From positions 263 through 64,262 of the forward strand of contig CAMJXE010000008.1 in assembly GCA_946409645.1 (NCBI GenBank): DNA of 64,000 nucleotides. Direction: 5' to 3'. Source of the stretch: an uncultured Bacteroidales bacterium (lineage in GTDB: Bacteria > Bacteroidota > Bacteroidia > Bacteroidales > WCHB1-69). Made by a program: the position numbers and the translations under genes. Below are positions 61,570-64,000 of the stretch, in pieces. The notes beneath the pieces are model-generated. The model worked only from the letters and a program-made list of their open reading frames with translations. It did not search any database and was not told the DNA's origin. How positions within the stretch are numbered: position 1 is the stretch's first letter; the number at the start of each line of letters is the position of its first letter.

Positions 61570-62163
61570 CTATAAGTGTTGTAGCATTTTTTTCCATCTG
61601 AAATAACCAAGCACAGCGACGATGACGTACACCATAAAGAGTACGCCTGTCGGGTATAACCCTTTCCAAAAATAGAGAATAGTGGAAACTATGTTAATTA
61701 CAATCCATAACAACCACTGTTCCAGATATTTTTGTGCAAGCATCCACATAGCCACGATGCTGAGAGCGGTGGTGAACGCGTCTCCGGCAGGCACCGTACT
61801 GTCTGTGCAGGTTTTCAGCACCCAAAACAGCAGACCCCATAATATCACCGACACGGCAACAAGTGGCAAAATCTGCCTGTTTGGCGTGTGCGTGATAGGT
61901 ATTTCATTAGTCGTCAAGTCATTAGCAGTCAAAGCAGAGCTTCGCAATCGAGTCCACCTCAACCATCCGTATGTGTTCGCCCCGATATAATAGAGATAGA
62001 CAGCTGCGTCTGCGTAAAATTTCCCGTGAAAAAAGATGACTACGTAGAACAACGACATCAGGATGCCGACTGGCCATAGCCAAACGTTGGCCTTGTATTC
62101 CAAAAAAAGGTAAGCCAGCCCGATGACGGCTCCAATAATTTCTATGATTAAATCCACAGACAT
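61570..62163 (-). CDS. pnuC: Nicotinamide riboside transporter PnuC
   Basis: Seven-TM protein. LEYKANVWLWPVGI and WLLWIVINI resemble PnuC. Start at ATG 62163 (MSVDLI), 21 nt after a TATTTTTG box. Confidence 0.8.
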   Translation of the reverse strand: MSVDLIIEIIGAVIGLAYLFLEYKANVWLWPVGILMSLFYVVIFFHGKFYADAAVYLYYIGANTYGWLRWTRLRSSALTANDLTTNEIPITHTPNRQILPLVAVSVILWGLLFWVLKTCTDSTVPAGDAFTTALSIVAMWMLAQKYLEQWLLWIVINIVSTILYFWKGLYPTGVLFMVYVIVAVLGYFRWKKMLQHL

Positions 62164-62184
62164 AATGATATTAAAATTGGGCGG

Positions 62185-62192
62185 CAAAAATA
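62185..62192 (-). promoter_or_regulatory. -7 box (TATTTTTG) for pnuC
   Basis: Forward GGCGGCAAAAATACA. 21 nt upstream of ATG 62163. Confidence 0.55.
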
Positions 62193-62282
62193 CAATATTC
62201 GTCGATTCATCGTTTAGTTCTCATCAACGATTATCTGTTCATAAAATATGAGAATAGTGCAAGATCATTGGTGAATATCTGT

Positions 62283-62290
62283 TATTTTTG
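62283..62290 (+). promoter_or_regulatory. -7 box (TATTTTTG) for the M23 peptidase gene
   Basis: CTGTTATTTTTGCAA. 17 nt upstream of ATG 62308. Confidence 0.55.
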
Positions 62291-62307
62291 CAAATTGTGT
62301 TTATCGG

Positions 62308-63630
62308 ATGAGAAAAAAAAGAGCTTTATATAATCCAAAGATCCTTTGCACACTTTCTCTGATTGTGGTGCTGCTGCTTTCTTTGCCTTCTTTTGCGCAA
62401 AGCGGAAAAAGCAGCACGCAACTCAAAAAAGACAAACAAAAGATAGAAAACGAAATTGCCAACACTCAAAAACTGCTGAAGAAAAACGAATCCAACCAAA
62501 AAGCGGCAGTACAACAAGCCGCCTTGTTACGACAGCAAATCCAAAACAGGGAGAAGATGATCACTAACCTCAACTCCCAAATCATCCAAATGGAAGACGA
62601 ACAAGAACAGAACTCTCAGGAAATCAAGCAACTGGAAAAGCGATTAACCTATATGAAAGCCGACTACGCCCAAGTGGTCTATAACGCTTACCGTAACCGA
62701 AGATTCCTTGATAAAGTAACTTTCATTCTCGCCGCTGACGACTTCACCCAAATGTTCCGTAGAATGCGCTATTTCGCTATTTTCTCCAGAAACGTGCGTG
62801 AACAATCGGAACGAATCCAAAAAACGACCGCAGAACTGACGAAAAAGAACGAAGAAATTGTGGTATTGAAGAACGATAAACTGACCGCCCTTTCTTCTAA
62901 AGAACAAGAAATCAAAAGCTTGGAAAACGACAGACGGAAGAAGACACAAAACGCTGAAAAACTCAAGAAAGAATCGCAAAAGCTTAATGCCGATTTGAAA
63001 AAAAAGCAACAACAACGTAAGGAATTGGATGCTGCCATTCAGCGAGCTGTGAAAGAGGAAATCGCCAAAGCGAACGCCGAACGTGCGAAAAAAGGTGCAA
63101 AGGCTTCATCTGGAAAAAGTTCCGGTGGCACTTCCACTGCATCCACTTCATCCACGAAAACCACATCTTCGCGAAATTCCGTGACCATCTCTTTGACCCC
63201 AGAAGAGGCTTCTCTTAACACCTCCTTTATCAATAACAAAGGCAAACTGCCCTGGCCAGTTGCAAAAGGTGCTAAAGTAAGCGACTTCGGTAACTATCCA
63301 CACCCTGATGTGCCCTCCGTTCAAATTGAGAACCACGGCATCGACATTATGGTGGAAGCCGGTACACCCGCCCGCGCTGTGTTTGACGGCGTCGTCACTG
63401 GAGTGATGAACATCATGGGAACCACTGTTGTGATGATTAGACATGGAGAATATCTTACTGTATATCAAAATCTTACATCCGCACGTGTTAAAAAAGGCGA
63501 CAAAGTTTCTACCAAACAAACCATTGGAACGGTAGCCCAAAACGCCTCGTCGAACACCTACGAACTCCATTTCGAAATCTGGAAAAACGACCGTTATGTG
63601 AACCCTAACGAATGGCTGGCACGAAAATAA
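62308..63630 (+). CDS. Peptidase M23 family protein with long coiled coil (EnvC-like murein hydrolase activator/endopeptidase)
   Basis: Signal peptide, Q/K/E-rich coiled coil. C-terminal M23 motifs HGIDIMV, HGEYLTVYQNL, LHFEIW. Confidence 0.8.
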   Translation: MRKKRALYNPKILCTLSLIVVLLLSLPSFAQSGKSSTQLKKDKQKIENEIANTQKLLKKNESNQKAAVQQAALLRQQIQNREKMITNLNSQIIQMEDEQEQNSQEIKQLEKRLTYMKADYAQVVYNAYRNRRFLDKVTFILAADDFTQMFRRMRYFAIFSRNVREQSERIQKTTAELTKKNEEIVVLKNDKLTALSSKEQEIKSLENDRRKKTQNAEKLKKESQKLNADLKKKQQQRKELDAAIQRAVKEEIAKANAERAKKGAKASSGKSSGGTSTASTSSTKTTSSRNSVTISLTPEEASLNTSFINNKGKLPWPVAKGAKVSDFGNYPHPDVPSVQIENHGIDIMVEAGTPARAVFDGVVTGVMNIMGTTVVMIRHGEYLTVYQNLTSARVKKGDKVSTKQTIGTVAQNASSNTYELHFEIWKNDRYVNPNEWLARK

Positions 63631-63636
63631 TACGCT

Positions 63637-64000
63637 ATGATCATCAAAACCGCCGATTATTTGCAAAGCGAGGCCGACTGGCGCAAATGCCCATCTCCAA
63701 ACCTACCCGAATACGCTTTCATCGGACGTTCCAACGTTGGAAAATCCTCGCTTATCAACATGTTGACAAACCGTAACAGTCTGGCCAAAACCTCATCTAA
63801 ACCCGGTAAAACACAGACTATCAACCACTTCATTATAAACAAAAACTGGTATCTTGTGGATTTGCCAGGCTATGGTTTTGCCAAAACATCTAAAACCAAC
63901 CGCGAAAAATGGCAAAAAATGATCTCCGACTACTTATTGTTCCGCGAAAACCTGCAACTGGTATTCGTCCTCGTGGACTCTCGTATTGAACCTCAACAAA
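63637..64000 (+). CDS. engB: Ribosome biogenesis GTP-binding protein YsxC/EngB (3' end outside the window)
   Basis: Hand translation from ATG 63637 gives [29 protein letters not shown] (G1)..DLPGYGF (G3). The ORF is open to the window edge and absent from the ORF track. Confidence 0.85.
   Translation, partial: MIIKTADYLQSEADWRKCPSPNLPEYAFIGRSNVGKSSLINMLTNRNSLAKTSSKPGKTQTINHFIINKNWYLVDLPGYGFAKTSKTNREKWQKMISDYLLFRENLQLVFVLVDSRIEPQQ

Noticed and set aside
62164-62307. Riboswitch-type leader in front of pnuC
   Set aside because: The promoter box is 21 nt from the ATG, so there is no room for a structured leader.
63148-63666. 172-aa minus-strand ORF
   Set aside because: It is antisense to the M23 peptidase gene and has no start context.

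Overview
This 64-kb window looks like a Bacteroidales (Prevotella-like) chromosome. Three things support that: about 25 copies of the Bacteroidetes -7 promoter box (TAnnTTTG, here always TAYYTTTGC) correctly placed before genes; two proteins with T9SS C-terminal sorting domains; and GldB/GldD-like lipoproteins plus an S46 peptidase. I call 49 protein genes (2 cut by the window edges) and 3 tRNAs (Gly-GCC, Leu-TAA, Thr-CGT). I saw no rRNA, CRISPR array, transposase or phage structural genes. Most genes are housekeeping: gcvT, trmB, mazG, proS, ssb, alaS, rpmA/rplU, rpoD, recG, purD, lspA, pnuC, engB. Five things stand out. (1) The left 4 kb is a by-eye AT-richer accessory patch next to a tRNA-Leu/tRNA-Gly operon. 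It holds an ATC-hydrolase-like gene, an MBL hydrolase, a small serine recombinase, and a PIN-domain nuclease translationally coupled to a 261-aa partner I cannot place. That pair is my best candidate for an undescribed toxin-antitoxin or defence module. (2) A 9.9-kb gene encodes a 3307-aa Cys-rich T9SS cargo protein and sits behind a roughly 0.5-kb AT-rich leader. (3) A three-gene operon encodes an extreme low-complexity lipoprotein (Tyr/Trp/Pro-rich, then Thr-rich, then Ser-rich), a FadL-like barrel and a secreted unknown. (4) Stop-codon-bearing tandem arrays of period 7 or 8 recur in intergenic spacers, directly before start codons, and across stop codons. (5) A family of hairpins shares the stem GTAGAGACGC. 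All product calls come from motifs read in the supplied translations. No database search, folding or statistics were run. Several starts were moved from the listed ORF start to an internal ATG that lies behind a promoter box, because the ORF track also uses TTG starts.
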